DNA of 64,000 nucleotides from an uncultured delta proteobacterium (GCA_963822965.1 CAWGJT010000006.1:704001-768000), one strand, 5' to 3'; positions 48,201 to 57,525 are shown, counted from the stretch's first letter. Notes: generated by a model from the sequence alone, not told the origin. Numbers and translations: made by a program.

Positions 48201-48866
48201 GAAGCGCGCCGGCGCACAGATCTCGTTCACCCCGCAGTCCCGCAGCGTCTGACACAGCGTCTCGCTCCCCGTCAGGACCGACGGGCTCGATGCGCTCTGG
48301 CATACCCGGCTGTCCAGGTGAAGCAGACCGTCCTTGATCGGATCGTTCAGCAGCGTCGACTGATCCGGGTCCAACGCCAGGTTCAGTCCCCGCACCAGGC
48401 GGTCGTCCCCGAACATCCCGTGTGCACTCGCCTTCCGGAAGCTCGCCTCGTACAGCAGACGACCCCCTCGATCCGTCGACAACGGCCAAGACTCCCGCGC
48501 GAAGCGCAGGATCTGCTCCACGCATCCGTACCGGTAGCCCGACGACACCGTGTCCGGGCTCTCGTACGACAGCGGCAACACGTCCTCCGGGTCGCAGACC
48601 CCGGGCGTGCAGGTCAGGTGACCCGTCGCCCCCGAAGACTTCACCTTCGCGTACGCGTTGTCGTCCTCCGCGAACGATGCACCCCACTGCGACAGACACG
48701 CGCTCGCAACGTCCGGCTCCTCCTGAAAGTCGTTGTCGCAAACCAGAGGCATCCCTACCCCCGTACACACCGCCTGCGCCACCACACGAGCCGGAAGAAC
48801 CGCGGACAGCGCGAAGACGAGCAGCAGCCCCGGCCGTCGCAGCGCCATTTCGGGTCCGCAGCGCAT
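45237..48866 (-). CDS. Large secreted coiled-coil protein, TcA-like paralogue A
   Basis: Signal peptide; TPFGL...YVPF; long heptad helices; C-terminus WQLRL...IEDIDLTFTYEA resembling the TcA TcB-binding domain end. Confidence 0.7.
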   Translation of the reverse strand: MRCGPEMALRRPGLLLVFALSAVLPARVVAQAVCTGVGMPLVCDNDFQEEPDVASACLSQWGASFAEDDNAYAKVKSSGATGHLTCTPGVCDPEDVLPLSYESPDTVSSGYRYGCVEQILRFARESWPLSTDRGGRLLYEASFRKASAHGMFGDDRLVRGLNLALDPDQSTLLNDPIKDGLLHLDSRVCQSASSPSVLTGSETLCQTLRDCGVNEICAPARFGDLQAGLFGAVQEYRRAEQTLVEAIRDLGLARFRAYDLEDPRCGAVGCAARLLIRLGALRARAQAEHLDLVWSRAAAAGGGITQEVTCSQPTGSLSRVCRVDRDCDASPGAGDGVCGSSAKERALVALRQEAAEAVAEAGVSLSLYQQVAPAALATATTDMAMLQSSLAQIADLSTRSLQGSTPFGLPSNYVPFLSDSQKELLGCGASNFSCLEALLEGGAPGAPNTQGVLDELDVAAHQAPLNLDAYADAIRDEQSYAADMRQQYEDMLVRMYGASCESSSSGCTCSTTDEKAGRCVTFQSRVWVVAGVDCSNPSNPFAQCSTVNADGAIEEQLQAVQAAKVALENVALEIERLDLLQEVILEGLASKQLILNDSCTEFEAYIGDLGDELINAYEDIRSQIRDVIKGQHCTTGEREGLAGVDSDGNQCDPDADFDCWEEETGEIVEGERCAEARENAAADDQRLTIDQQIAIRQLEIDKLIELRRIMCEGREREILEIEAQDSRFNLQTQYLNLQSKEREALQHLVRARIAANALASEIRRARQRLDEAQALSDAWTAGAFRNPQNYRALALQNQLAAARYLRRARLVTWMLLRATAYDLARPDFVSPLRGYGESELADISSCLKSECVDAGVPTGESCARDGDCSAGTCQQSSTTSDMAGADGSCSLQAVFAARDAEDLRSLIRRAFAELSSTDRDTACNGSCVKSVSLRNIFSDPLASAQKPLGDVLAARPLSIGNEAELDFGISLQRGFALCPLLDPSTSATEKLCQPGGVAGLLPDESGTPGETASDDFWNARILGLDAQVTYRFERDPRDVLCRNPATGTPVKGLADICSGPGVCIPNGCSDAAGNPIDCECAAILTGDPVFDLVQVGPGIVRTRLAEPSTGPVQPPRDSFLVYRMRRGSLPTSDAEPRFRPFRFSGIPLPSSPPVGTPDASGQGVPLASPQWQLRLKPSGLVNQAIYMPELVASIEDIDLTFTYEAFNLP
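47134..48771. repeat. 1638-bp near-identical duplication, copy A
   Basis: Matches 50597-52234 at offset 3463; one mismatch noticed (48634 G vs 52097 A). Confidence 0.92.
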
Positions 48867-48882
48867 GGGGTCCGCCCTGCCC

Positions 48883-51800
48883 CTAGGGCAGGTTGAAGGC
48901 CTCGTAGGTGAAGGTCAGATCGATGTCCTCGATGGAGGCGATGAGCTCGGGCATGTAGATCGCCTGGTTGAGCAGACCGCTGGGCTTCAGACGCAGCTGC
49001 CACTGGGGGCTCGCCAGCGGAACGCCCTGCCCGCTGTCGTCGGGATCGCCGACCGGCGGGCTGGTCGGCAACGGGATGCCGCTGAAGCGGAAGGGCCGGA
49101 AGTGCGGCTCGTCGTGGGTCGTCGGAAGGTTTCCGCGCCGCATGCGATACGCGAGGAAGGAATCGTGCGCCGGCTGCACGATCCCCGTCGAGGGATCTGC
49201 CAGCGGAGTCCGCACGATGCCCGGCCCCACCTGCACCAGATCGAAGACCGGGTCGCCCGCCAGGATAGCCGCGCACTCGCAGTCGATCGCGTTGCCGGCA
49301 GCGTCCGTGCAGCCGTTGGGAATGCAGACCCCCGGTCCGCTGCAGATGTCCGCCAGGCCGTCCACGGGAGTTCCGGTGGTTGGGTTGCGACACAGCACGT
49401 CGCGCGGGTCGCGCTCGAACTGATAGGTCACCTGCGCGTCCAGTCCCAGGATCCGCGCATTCCAGAAGTCGTCGGAGCCGTTCTCTCCGGGCGTACCGCT
49501 CTCGTTCGGAAGCAGGCCGGCGACGCCGGTCGGCTGGCATACCTTCTCCACCAGGCTCGCACCGGGGTCGAGCAGCGGGCACAGCGCGAAGCCGCGCTGC
49601 AGGGTGATCCCGAAGTCGAGAGCCACCTCGTTGCCAATGCTGAGAGGCCGCGCGGAGAGCACCTCGCCGAGTGGCGGCTGCGCGGGAGCGAGCGGATTCG
49701 TGAAGATGTTGCGCAGGCTCACCGACTTCACGCAGCTGCCGTTGCAGGCGGTGTCACGGTCCGTGGAGGCGAGCTCGACGAACGCCCGCCGAGAGAGGCT
49801 GCGCAGATCCTCGGCATCTCGCGCCGCGAAGACCGCCTGCAGCGAGCAGGAGCCGTCCGAGCCCGCGACGTCCGCGCTCGCTGCGGTCTCCTGGCAGCTT
49901 CCGGACGAGCAGTCGCTGTCGCGAATGCAGGACTCCCCGATCGGCGTGCCGCCGTCGATGCACTCGGACTTGACGCACAGCGAGATGTCGGCCAGCTCGC
50001 TCTGGCCGTAGCCGCGCAGTGGCGAGACGAAGTCGGGGCGCGCCAGATCGTACGCCGTGGCCCGCAGCAGCATCCAGGTCACGAGGCGTGCGCGGCGCAG
50101 ATAGTCGGCCGCGGCGAGCTGGTTCTGTAGCGCGAGGGAGCGGTAGTTCTGCGGGTTCCGGAACGCGCCCGCCGCCCACACGTCAGCCAGGGTCTGGGCC
50201 TCGTCGAGACGTTGGCGGGCACGTGCAATCTGGCTCCTCAGGGAGTTCGCCGCGATCTCCGCCCGCAGCAGGCTCTGTACCGCCTCGAGGGCCTTCAATT
50301 CGAGCTTCAGCTGCTGCGTGCCGATGTTGAAGCTCGAGTCGGGCGAGTCGATCTCGACGATCTCGCGCAGCTTGCCGACACACTCGACGTAGTTGAGTTG
50401 GATCTCCTTGTACTGCTCGAAGACACTCATGGCGTACTGCACCGACTCGCTGGTAGTCGACGAGCTTGGATCCTTGCGAAGCTCGGTTCGCACACTGGTG
50501 CCGAATCTCCGCAGCGCCGCCTCTACGTCTTCACAGCTGTCGTTGAGGATCGCCTGCCTCGTCGCGAGCAGGTCCGAGTTGAGATCCTGCAGCAGGTCGA
50601 GCCTTTCGATCTCGAGTGCGACGTTCTCGAGTGCGACCTTTGCGGCCTGGACGGCCTGGAGCTGCTCTTCGATGGCGCCATCGGCGTTGACCGTGGAGCA
50701 CTGGGCGAAGGGATTGCTGGGGTTGCTGCAGTCGACCCCCGCCACCACCCACACGCGGCTCTGGAAGGTGACGCAGCGCCCCGCCTTCTCGTCCGTCGTA
50801 GAGCAGGTACAGCCGCTCGAGCTCGACTCGCACGACGCTCCGTACATCCGCACCAGCATGTCCTCGTACTGCTGGCGCATGTCCGCCGCGTAGGACTGCT
50901 CGTCCCGGATCGCGTCTGCGTAGGCGTCCAGGTTCAGCGGCGCCTGGTGCGCCGCCACGTCCAGCTCGTCCAGCACTCCCTGCGTGTTCGGCGCCCCCGG
51001 CGCACCGCCCTCCAGCAGCGCCTCCAGACACGAGAAGTTCGACGCCCCGCACCCCAGCAGCTCCTTCTGGCTGTCGCTCAGAAACGGCACGTAGTTCGAA
51101 GGAAGACCGAAGGGCGTCGACCCCTGCAACGAGCGCGTCGACAGGTCTGCGATCTGCGCCAGCGAGCTCTGCAGCATCGCCATGTCCGTCGTCGCGGTCG
51201 CCAGCGCCGCCGGCGCCACCTGCTGGTACAGGCTCAGGCTCACCCCCGCCTCGGCCACCGCCTCCGCCGCCTCCTGCCGCAGCGCCACCAACGCCCGCTC
51301 CTTCGCCGAGCTGCCGCACACCCCGTCGCCCGCACCCGGCGATGCGTCGCAGTCCCGGTCCACCCGGCACACTCGCGACAGCGACCCCGTCGGCTGCGAG
51401 CAGGTCACCTCCTGCGTGATCCCGCCCCCCGCGGCCGCCGCCCGCGACCACACCAGGTCCAGGTGCTCGGCCTGCGCCCGCGCCCGCAGCGCCCCCAGCC
51501 GTATCAGCAGACGCGCCGCACACCCCACCGCCCCGCAGCGCGGGTCCTCCAGGTCGTAGGCCCGGAAGCGAGCCAGCCCCAGGTCCCGGATCGCCTCCAC
51601 CAGCGTCTGCTCCGCCCGTCGGTACTCCTGCACCGCTCCGAACAGACCCGCCTGCAGGTCCCCGAAGCGCGCCGGCGCACAGATCTCGTTCACCCCGCAG
51701 TCCCGCAGCGTCTGACACAGCGTCTCGCTCCCCGTCAGGACCGACGGGCTCGATGCGCTCTGGCATACCCGGCTGTCCAGGTGAAGCAGACCGTCCTTGA

Positions 51801-52311
51801 TCGGATCGTTCAGCAGCGTCGACTGATCCGGGTCCAACGCCAGGTTCAGTCCCCGCACCAGGCGGTCGTCCCCGAACATCCCGTGTGCACTCGCCTTCCG
51901 GAAGCTCGCCTCGTACAGCAGACGACCCCCTCGATCCGTCGACAACGGCCAAGACTCCCGCGCGAAGCGCAGGATCTGCTCCACGCATCCGTACCGGTAG
52001 CCCGACGACACCGTGTCCGGGCTCTCGTACGACAGCGGCAACACGTCCTCCGGGTCGCAGACCCCGGGCGTGCAGGTCAGGTGACCCGTCGCCCCCAAAG
52101 ACTTCACCTTCGCGTACGCGTTGTCGTCCTCCGCGAACGATGCACCCCACTGCGACAGACACGCGCTCGCAACGTCCGGCTCCTCCTGAAAGTCGTTGTC
52201 GCAAACCAGAGGCATCCCTACCCCCGTACACACCTGTGCCATGGCGGGCAGCGAACGGAGAAGGCACACCAGCATCAGCGCCCAGGTGACGGTCCACGGG
52301 GAGATCCGCAT
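48883..52311 (-). CDS. Large secreted coiled-coil protein, TcA-like paralogue B
   Basis: Start reassigned to ATG 52311 (MRISPWTVTWALMLVCLLRSLPAMA signal peptide); collinear with paralogue A. Confidence 0.7.
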   Translation of the reverse strand: MRISPWTVTWALMLVCLLRSLPAMAQVCTGVGMPLVCDNDFQEEPDVASACLSQWGASFAEDDNAYAKVKSLGATGHLTCTPGVCDPEDVLPLSYESPDTVSSGYRYGCVEQILRFARESWPLSTDRGGRLLYEASFRKASAHGMFGDDRLVRGLNLALDPDQSTLLNDPIKDGLLHLDSRVCQSASSPSVLTGSETLCQTLRDCGVNEICAPARFGDLQAGLFGAVQEYRRAEQTLVEAIRDLGLARFRAYDLEDPRCGAVGCAARLLIRLGALRARAQAEHLDLVWSRAAAAGGGITQEVTCSQPTGSLSRVCRVDRDCDASPGAGDGVCGSSAKERALVALRQEAAEAVAEAGVSLSLYQQVAPAALATATTDMAMLQSSLAQIADLSTRSLQGSTPFGLPSNYVPFLSDSQKELLGCGASNFSCLEALLEGGAPGAPNTQGVLDELDVAAHQAPLNLDAYADAIRDEQSYAADMRQQYEDMLVRMYGASCESSSSGCTCSTTDEKAGRCVTFQSRVWVVAGVDCSNPSNPFAQCSTVNADGAIEEQLQAVQAAKVALENVALEIERLDLLQDLNSDLLATRQAILNDSCEDVEAALRRFGTSVRTELRKDPSSSTTSESVQYAMSVFEQYKEIQLNYVECVGKLREIVEIDSPDSSFNIGTQQLKLELKALEAVQSLLRAEIAANSLRSQIARARQRLDEAQTLADVWAAGAFRNPQNYRSLALQNQLAAADYLRRARLVTWMLLRATAYDLARPDFVSPLRGYGQSELADISLCVKSECIDGGTPIGESCIRDSDCSSGSCQETAASADVAGSDGSCSLQAVFAARDAEDLRSLSRRAFVELASTDRDTACNGSCVKSVSLRNIFTNPLAPAQPPLGEVLSARPLSIGNEVALDFGITLQRGFALCPLLDPGASLVEKVCQPTGVAGLLPNESGTPGENGSDDFWNARILGLDAQVTYQFERDPRDVLCRNPTTGTPVDGLADICSGPGVCIPNGCTDAAGNAIDCECAAILAGDPVFDLVQVGPGIVRTPLADPSTGIVQPAHDSFLAYRMRRGNLPTTHDEPHFRPFRFSGIPLPTSPPVGDPDDSGQGVPLASPQWQLRLKPSGLLNQAIYMPELIASIEDIDLTFTYEAFNLP
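50597..52234. repeat. 1638-bp near-identical duplication, copy B
   Basis: See copy A. Confidence 0.92.
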
Positions 52312-52340
52312 CGAGTTCCCGTCCTTCGCTTCGTAGCCAC

Positions 52341-55061
52341 TCACTGCGCCAAGCTCGCCAGGAAGATCCGCAGGCCCACGCGCAGCTCCGTCGGCGACCA
52401 GCGCAGGAGATCCGTCCAGCCGACGAATGGATCCTCCCCTGCAGCCGCGCTCTGTCCCCCGAGTGCGAGTAGCTTGATTTCGTTCGGCGGTGTTCCGGCA
52501 CTCAACACTGTTGCGACGGGCGTGCCATCCCCCAGCTCCCAGCGCGCGATGCAGGCCACGCCGGGCCCCGGCATACAGGGCGCGTCGACGGCATCCAAGA
52601 GCTGCAGATCGGTAGGCCCGGTGGCGACGATGCCGCCGGAGAGAGTGAAAGCCCCACCGATGGAGACTGTCGCCACGCCCTGTGGCGTAGCCGCCGCTCC
52701 GATGCAGGTGATGGCGATGGGCGCGATCGGACCGGAGCAGACGTCGACGCTCTGCACCACGGGGTCGCAGTTGGGCCCGCTGACGCGCACCTGATAGCTG
52801 CCGCAGGCCAGCTGGCCCAGCGCCACTGACTGACCCGCCGAGGTTGCGAGGCCCCTGACGTCCGTCCCCAGGATCTCGATCGCAGCGAGATCGAACTCGC
52901 CCGGCGTGCCCCCACCATCGGCCACGAGCGCTACGTCGATCTGTAGGGACACGTTCTCGTGATCGAGAGCCGTCGCGCTCGCCCCGCCCAGGGTGCGGAA
53001 CTGACACGAGAACGGTCGGCAGAACGCGGTCAGCTGGCTGCCCGTCGAGTCGAACGCCGCGCAGTCCACGTCCGATGCGCAGCTCATGCCGTCCAGCTCG
53101 GGGTCGCCGCCGGTACAACGGAAGGGACAGTCGCTGTCCTCGCGGCACGCGATGCCCAGCGGGAGCGACCGGTTCGCTCCGGCGTCGCGTGCCACGCACT
53201 GCGGTGCCAGGACGCGCTCGAGCTGCGCCACTCCCCGACCGCCGATGTCTCCCAGGATCTCGGTCTCGTACTCGTCCCGGAACGATCCGTGAAACCCGGC
53301 CAGACCGCTCCGCTCCAGGTCGAAGCTCAGCTCCCGGTTTGCCCCGGCGAAGGCGCTGGCGATGCCGCCGTGCCGCGGGCACTCTTCGTCCGACGCGCAC
53401 GCACCCGATCCGTCGGTGCAGCTCCCGAAGCAGTGCGGAGAGGTCGCGTAGGAACCGCACTCGCTCGCCAACGTACACGCGCCCGAGCCGTCCGTACACT
53501 CACCGCCCACACAGCGAACGCCAAAGGCGAAGCTCAGATCTGGAAGATCGTCCACGCGGCCCCACAAGCGCAGGCTCATGTCGTTCGACGAGATGCTGCC
53601 GTGCAGCACGACGTCCCGGGGAAAGCCCACCGCGTCGCCAAGCGAGAACAGCCCTCCCTCCTCGCTGGATTCATCCACGTCACCGTCCCCGTCGTCATCC
53701 AGACCGTTGGCGGACGATCCGACGACCGTGGGATTGATCACGGCTGTCACACGCGCGCCGGTGCAATCCGACACCGGGCTCCCCGCCACCTGTGTGCAGT
53801 CGTCCATGTACAAGTGCAGTGGGAGAGGAGCGCGATCATCGCTGCCGTACGAGAGGACACCCGAGTACTCGCCGGTCACCACCGGCGGCTTGAGCGCGAC
53901 GGGAGCGCTCGCCACGATGTCACTCGGGGGCGTGGGACCCGCACCGCCGCCGCCAGCTGGCGGTCCGGCGGCCGTTCCCACGTCGATCTCCAGCATCGTG
54001 AACTCCCGACCCGGATCGAGGCTCGAGAAGCTCTCAAGTGCGATGAGGTTGGCTGGAGCGAGCTGCATGTAGAAGATGTGTGAGTGGGTGGGGTTCTGGA
54101 AGCAGAGGTTGACGCAGTCCGTCGCGGCGCCACACAGATCGGGGCAGGGTTCCGGAGAGCCATCTCCGTCGAAGTCGGCGGTCGTGTCGGGACCGTCGGG
54201 CGAGCGCGTCGGGTCCGGCTCATGAATGACCGACTCGTCGATGTAGACGTCACGCGCGCCTCTGAAGGAGATCCCGGTGTTTGCCTGGCTGGGGCGCAAT
54301 ACACCGGCTACCGGAAGCGGCGCGCCCGTGTACGAGATCTCCAGCCGTTGCACCGGATTCCCGGCGCTGAGCACGACGCCGTCCGGCTCGATGCGGAACT
54401 CCCGCCCGATCGTGATGTCGCCCGTCGTCCGGACCCAGTACCCGTCCGCCGGAGCCAGGCAGCTGTCCGGATCGCCCGTGCAGGCGGCTCCGAAGTCCGT
54501 GATCTGGACGAAGGACGCGCTGGGGCGGTCGTAGCGCCAGGCTTCCGGGATCGCGGGCCCGAGCGCCGGCCCGAGATCGGCGAAGACGTCCTGCACGTTT
54601 TCGGCTGGCGCGTCGGGAGGCAGCAGCGGACCGATCGAATGCCACCCCGCGCCCGGAAGCTCTTGCAGCCGCACCGGGTCGCCTTCGACGAGGATCTCGA
54701 AGCTCGACGACGGTACGCTCGTCACCTGGATCCAGTAGCCGCGCAGCGCTTCGATGCGGTCGAGATCGTTGACGACGTTGGCGAGCTCGCTGGGCAGGTC
54801 GCTGGTCGGTGGCGCGAAGTGGCGCCAGCCTTCCACCGGATCGAAGGACCAGATGTGGGCGTAGTCGAAGCCGCCGCCTACCGGGAACACCGACAGCGGG
54901 TCGTCGAGCGCGGGATCGACCTGCAGCGAGACGTAGTACCACGCCGAGGCGCTCGGGAAGGGGATCGACTGGAAGTCCGACCGCGCCGCCCCGGCCGTGA
55001 GGGCCAGTGCGAGCGCCAGCGCGATGCAGCTGCCGTAGTGGATCCTCGAGATCGTATGCAT
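52341..55061 (-). CDS. Secreted cysteine-rich multidomain protein
   Basis: Signal peptide; tandem W..VS/GW.SIG...GYW beta modules; NGLDDDGDGDVDE; CxxDxDC motifs. Confidence 0.8.
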   Translation of the reverse strand: MHTISRIHYGSCIALALALALTAGAARSDFQSIPFPSASAWYYVSLQVDPALDDPLSVFPVGGGFDYAHIWSFDPVEGWRHFAPPTSDLPSELANVVNDLDRIEALRGYWIQVTSVPSSSFEILVEGDPVRLQELPGAGWHSIGPLLPPDAPAENVQDVFADLGPALGPAIPEAWRYDRPSASFVQITDFGAACTGDPDSCLAPADGYWVRTTGDITIGREFRIEPDGVVLSAGNPVQRLEISYTGAPLPVAGVLRPSQANTGISFRGARDVYIDESVIHEPDPTRSPDGPDTTADFDGDGSPEPCPDLCGAATDCVNLCFQNPTHSHIFYMQLAPANLIALESFSSLDPGREFTMLEIDVGTAAGPPAGGGGAGPTPPSDIVASAPVALKPPVVTGEYSGVLSYGSDDRAPLPLHLYMDDCTQVAGSPVSDCTGARVTAVINPTVVGSSANGLDDDGDGDVDESSEEGGLFSLGDAVGFPRDVVLHGSISSNDMSLRLWGRVDDLPDLSFAFGVRCVGGECTDGSGACTLASECGSYATSPHCFGSCTDGSGACASDEECPRHGGIASAFAGANRELSFDLERSGLAGFHGSFRDEYETEILGDIGGRGVAQLERVLAPQCVARDAGANRSLPLGIACREDSDCPFRCTGGDPELDGMSCASDVDCAAFDSTGSQLTAFCRPFSCQFRTLGGASATALDHENVSLQIDVALVADGGGTPGEFDLAAIEILGTDVRGLATSAGQSVALGQLACGSYQVRVSGPNCDPVVQSVDVCSGPIAPIAITCIGAAATPQGVATVSIGGAFTLSGGIVATGPTDLQLLDAVDAPCMPGPGVACIARWELGDGTPVATVLSAGTPPNEIKLLALGGQSAAAGEDPFVGWTDLLRWSPTELRVGLRIFLASLAQ

Positions 55062-55064
55062 CGA

Positions 55065-56003
55065 CTACCCCGTTCCCATCCCCGGTGCCCCAGGGGGGCG
55101 TCGGGTGGGTGTGCTGTCCTTGGGCGGTGCTCGGGCCGTGAGGCGGGCCACCGCGTCCGGTCGAATCTCCACGCGGCCCGATCGCAGCAGCCACTGGATC
55201 GCGCGCTCCTTCGCATCGCGGTGCGCGGCGCTCGTCAGCTCCTCCTGGATGTCGAAGCGGACCTGGCTCAGCATCAGGTGACGGGCGGGATGGTCGGAAC
55301 GCTTGTAGACGACCCAGTAGGAATCCGAGGTCTCGATCGGGTTGCTGATCGACCCGGGCGCCATCGCACACGCCTTCTCGACGACCGTGTCTGGGATTGC
55401 TCCCGGCTCCGGCGCAGCGCAAGCAACCACGCCGGACTGCCCTGCGCTTGCGGGGCTTCCGGTCCCTTCCGCCAGGGAGGCCAGCGCTTGCGGCCTGCGA
55501 CTCATCTGCGCGCGAATGGCGATCGATCGAATCGCATCGCGCTCCGTCTCGGCCTCGCCACGACGCGGCACACGGACGTAGGAGAACTGGACGCTGCGCG
55601 GCGAGACGAAGCGTTTGAGGTTCGTCTGGTAGAAGGCCGCGACCTCTGCCTCGCTGACCGGGACGAAGGTATCCAGCTCTTTGATCAGGGCATCGAGCAT
55701 CTCTCCGTCCGAGTGCCAGGCGAGACCGCGGCGTGCGGCCTCGCGCCGAAGGAGCACGTGCAGTGCGAACGTCTCGATTGCGTCTGTCGTGGCTGGGATC
55801 GACCGGAATATCGACGTGTCGCCCAGGAAGGCTTCGAGATCTTCCTGCGCGTAGGAGATCCCATCGACCACGACGACCGCATCGGCGGGGGCCGGACCTC
55901 CCGGCTCGAGCCGGATCACCAGGCCGGCGATCACGAGGATCGCCGCGATCGTCGCCGCCGCGGCGATCCTCGCGCGTCTGCCCGCAGCGCTTCGGCGCGT
56001 CAT
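55065..56003 (-). CDS. Parvulin/SurA-like peptidyl-prolyl isomerase-family chaperone
   Basis: N-terminal TM; VVVVDG...LLRREAARRG, VSEAEVAAFYQTN..RF, GSISNPIET..YWV, LSQVRFDI. Confidence 0.7.
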   Translation of the reverse strand: MTRRSAAGRRARIAAAATIAAILVIAGLVIRLEPGGPAPADAVVVVDGISYAQEDLEAFLGDTSIFRSIPATTDAIETFALHVLLRREAARRGLAWHSDGEMLDALIKELDTFVPVSEAEVAAFYQTNLKRFVSPRSVQFSYVRVPRRGEAETERDAIRSIAIRAQMSRRPQALASLAEGTGSPASAGQSGVVACAAPEPGAIPDTVVEKACAMAPGSISNPIETSDSYWVVYKRSDHPARHLMLSQVRFDIQEELTSAAHRDAKERAIQWLLRSGRVEIRPDAVARLTARAPPKDSTPTRRPPGAPGMGTG

Positions 56004-56638
56004 GGCTGCGGCCTCCGGTCGTATCCGGGAGGGAGCGGCGGGCCGGTCGGGCTCTTGCGAGCCAGTGCGCGTACGCCGTCGAGATCGATCGAGACGACAA
56101 GGTCGTCGAGCAGGTCGTCCAGGTACGCCTCGCTCCGGAGGACGGCGCGCCTCCGCTCGAGGGTCTGGCGCAGCGCCTCCCGGACCTCCGCTGCATCCTC
56201 GGCAGCCCGCAGGTGGGCGTGCCGCGACGTCACGGCCGCGAGCTCGTCGTCGGATACGGACACAGCGGCAGCGCGCTCGAGCACCAGCGATTCCACATCA
56301 GGAGCCGGATCTGCGGAGGCAGCGGAGCCGGCCACCGTCCTGGTCTCGAGTGCGAGCGCCCGCAGATACGCCCGAATCAGTCGCGTCGCCTCTACCGGAG
56401 TCGCGGGGCGGTAGCCCGGGCCTCTGGAGCGCTCGAGGAACGCCAGGAACTCACTCGTGGTCACCTCCCGCCCCTCGAGTCTCGCGAGAATCCGCGCGCT
56501 GGACGGAGCGGCCGCGTGATGCACGCCGGCATCCACGGAAGCCGGCCTGTCGGGCTGACACACCGAGGCGGTGACGGCAGCCACCACGACAGAGAGCATC
56601 CAGCCCGTGCTCGGGCGCCAAAAGCTGGAACGAGCCAT
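56000..56638 (-). CDS. SurA N-terminal-like exported protein
   Basis: Signal/lipoprotein-like N-terminus; ILARLEGREVT, VSDDEL; ATGA-coupled to the next gene; start uncertain. Confidence 0.5.
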   Translation of the reverse strand: MARSSFWRPSTGWMLSVVVAAVTASVCQPDRPASVDAGVHHAAAPSSARILARLEGREVTTSEFLAFLERSRGPGYRPATPVEATRLIRAYLRALALETRTVAGSAASADPAPDVESLVLERAAAVSVSDDELAAVTSRHAHLRAAEDAAEVREALRQTLERRRAVLRSEAYLDDLLDDLVVSIDLDGVRALARKSPTGPPLPPGYDRRPQP

Positions 56639-56708
56639 CCTTGCGATCCCCGCGGGTCGTAAATCGCTCTTCAACTCTCTCCTCGGCTCTTCCCCCGGCG
56701 TGTGACAC

Positions 56709-56770
56709 ATTATGCAGTCCCGCCAGTCGCGCCCGAGCGTGTGAGCTGGGAATCACAAAACCATCACGAA
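56709..56770. promoter_or_regulatory. Conserved divergent control region 1
   Basis: Minus-strand CATAAT (-10-like, 56709-56714); TGTGA-N8-TCACA; ATCAC-N6-ATCAC at 56752/56763. Confidence 0.65.
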
Positions 56771-56870
56771 GCGCGTACCCCGTATGGGAGCCACCGAATC
56801 CGTGAGATCGCGTGAGGCTCGCTGAGACGTTCTGATACGATCGCTAACGTCGCCGCACCCCGAGGGAGCC

Positions 56871-57334
56871 GTGCTCTACCGCTTCGCCGGATTCACGTTC
56901 GACAGCGAGTGGCACGAGGTCGTGCGGCCGAGCGGTGCATCCATACCTCTTCCGGGCAAGGCGGAGCAGCTACTCCAGGCGCTGCTCGAGCGTCCGGGTG
57001 TCACCCTTTCGCGCGAGGAGCTGCTCGCGCTCGTCTGGCCGGACATAACCACGACCGAGGCCTCGCTCCGTCGCGCGGTGCACCTGGTGAGGCAGGCGCT
57101 CGACGTCGACGAAGAGGACGTGGTGCTCACGACGGTGCGCGGTCGCGGCTACCGCATCGACGCACCTGTCGCGGTGATCGACCCTCACGCCCAGCCAGAG
57201 CGCGGGGCGACTCCGCCTCCCCATGAGGGCGCGGAGGTTCCTCGCCGTCTACGGATCCGAGTGCCGCTCGCCTTCTTCGGGGTCGCGGTCCTCTGCCTCC
57301 TTCTATTCCTGGGCCGCCCGATTCGTGTCGATGC
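56871..57334 (+). pseudogene. CadC-like winged-helix membrane regulator truncated by repeat copy 5
   Basis: YRFAGF.FD...LLERPG...LRRAVHLVRQAL...TVRGRGYR, TM; similarity to 60825 paralogue ends at GRPIRVDA, where the repeat starts. Confidence 0.85.
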
Positions 57335-57419
57335 GAGCGTAGGGCGGATGAGCCGGGTTTCCGCCTCAGGTCCGGGTAGGGGCCTTATGTCAATCCCCTT
57401 CGGGGTCCCCGGCGGCGGG
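57335..57419 (+). repeat. dif/Xer-like dispersed element, copy 5 (full); core 57368-57395
   Basis: GAGCGTAGGGCGGATGAGCCGGGTTTCCGCCTC-AGGTCCGGGTA-GGGGCC-TTATGTCAATC-CCCTTCGGGGTCCCCGGCGGCGGG. Confidence 0.95.
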
Positions 57420-57525
57420 AGGCCGTCGGCTTCGCGAGGCAACCGCTGGTCTACGGTCCTCATAGCCTGAGATCCCCCGGGGAGTCGTCACTTCGGGCCT
57501 TAAGGGCCTGAAACTCCTATCCGCC

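Noticed and set aside
52312..53499. N-terminal ORF-track extensions of 48883-53499, 35680-43410, 21489-23915 and 5471-7072
   Set aside because: They overlap upstream genes or intergenic DNA; downstream starts with RBS, translational coupling or signal peptides fit better
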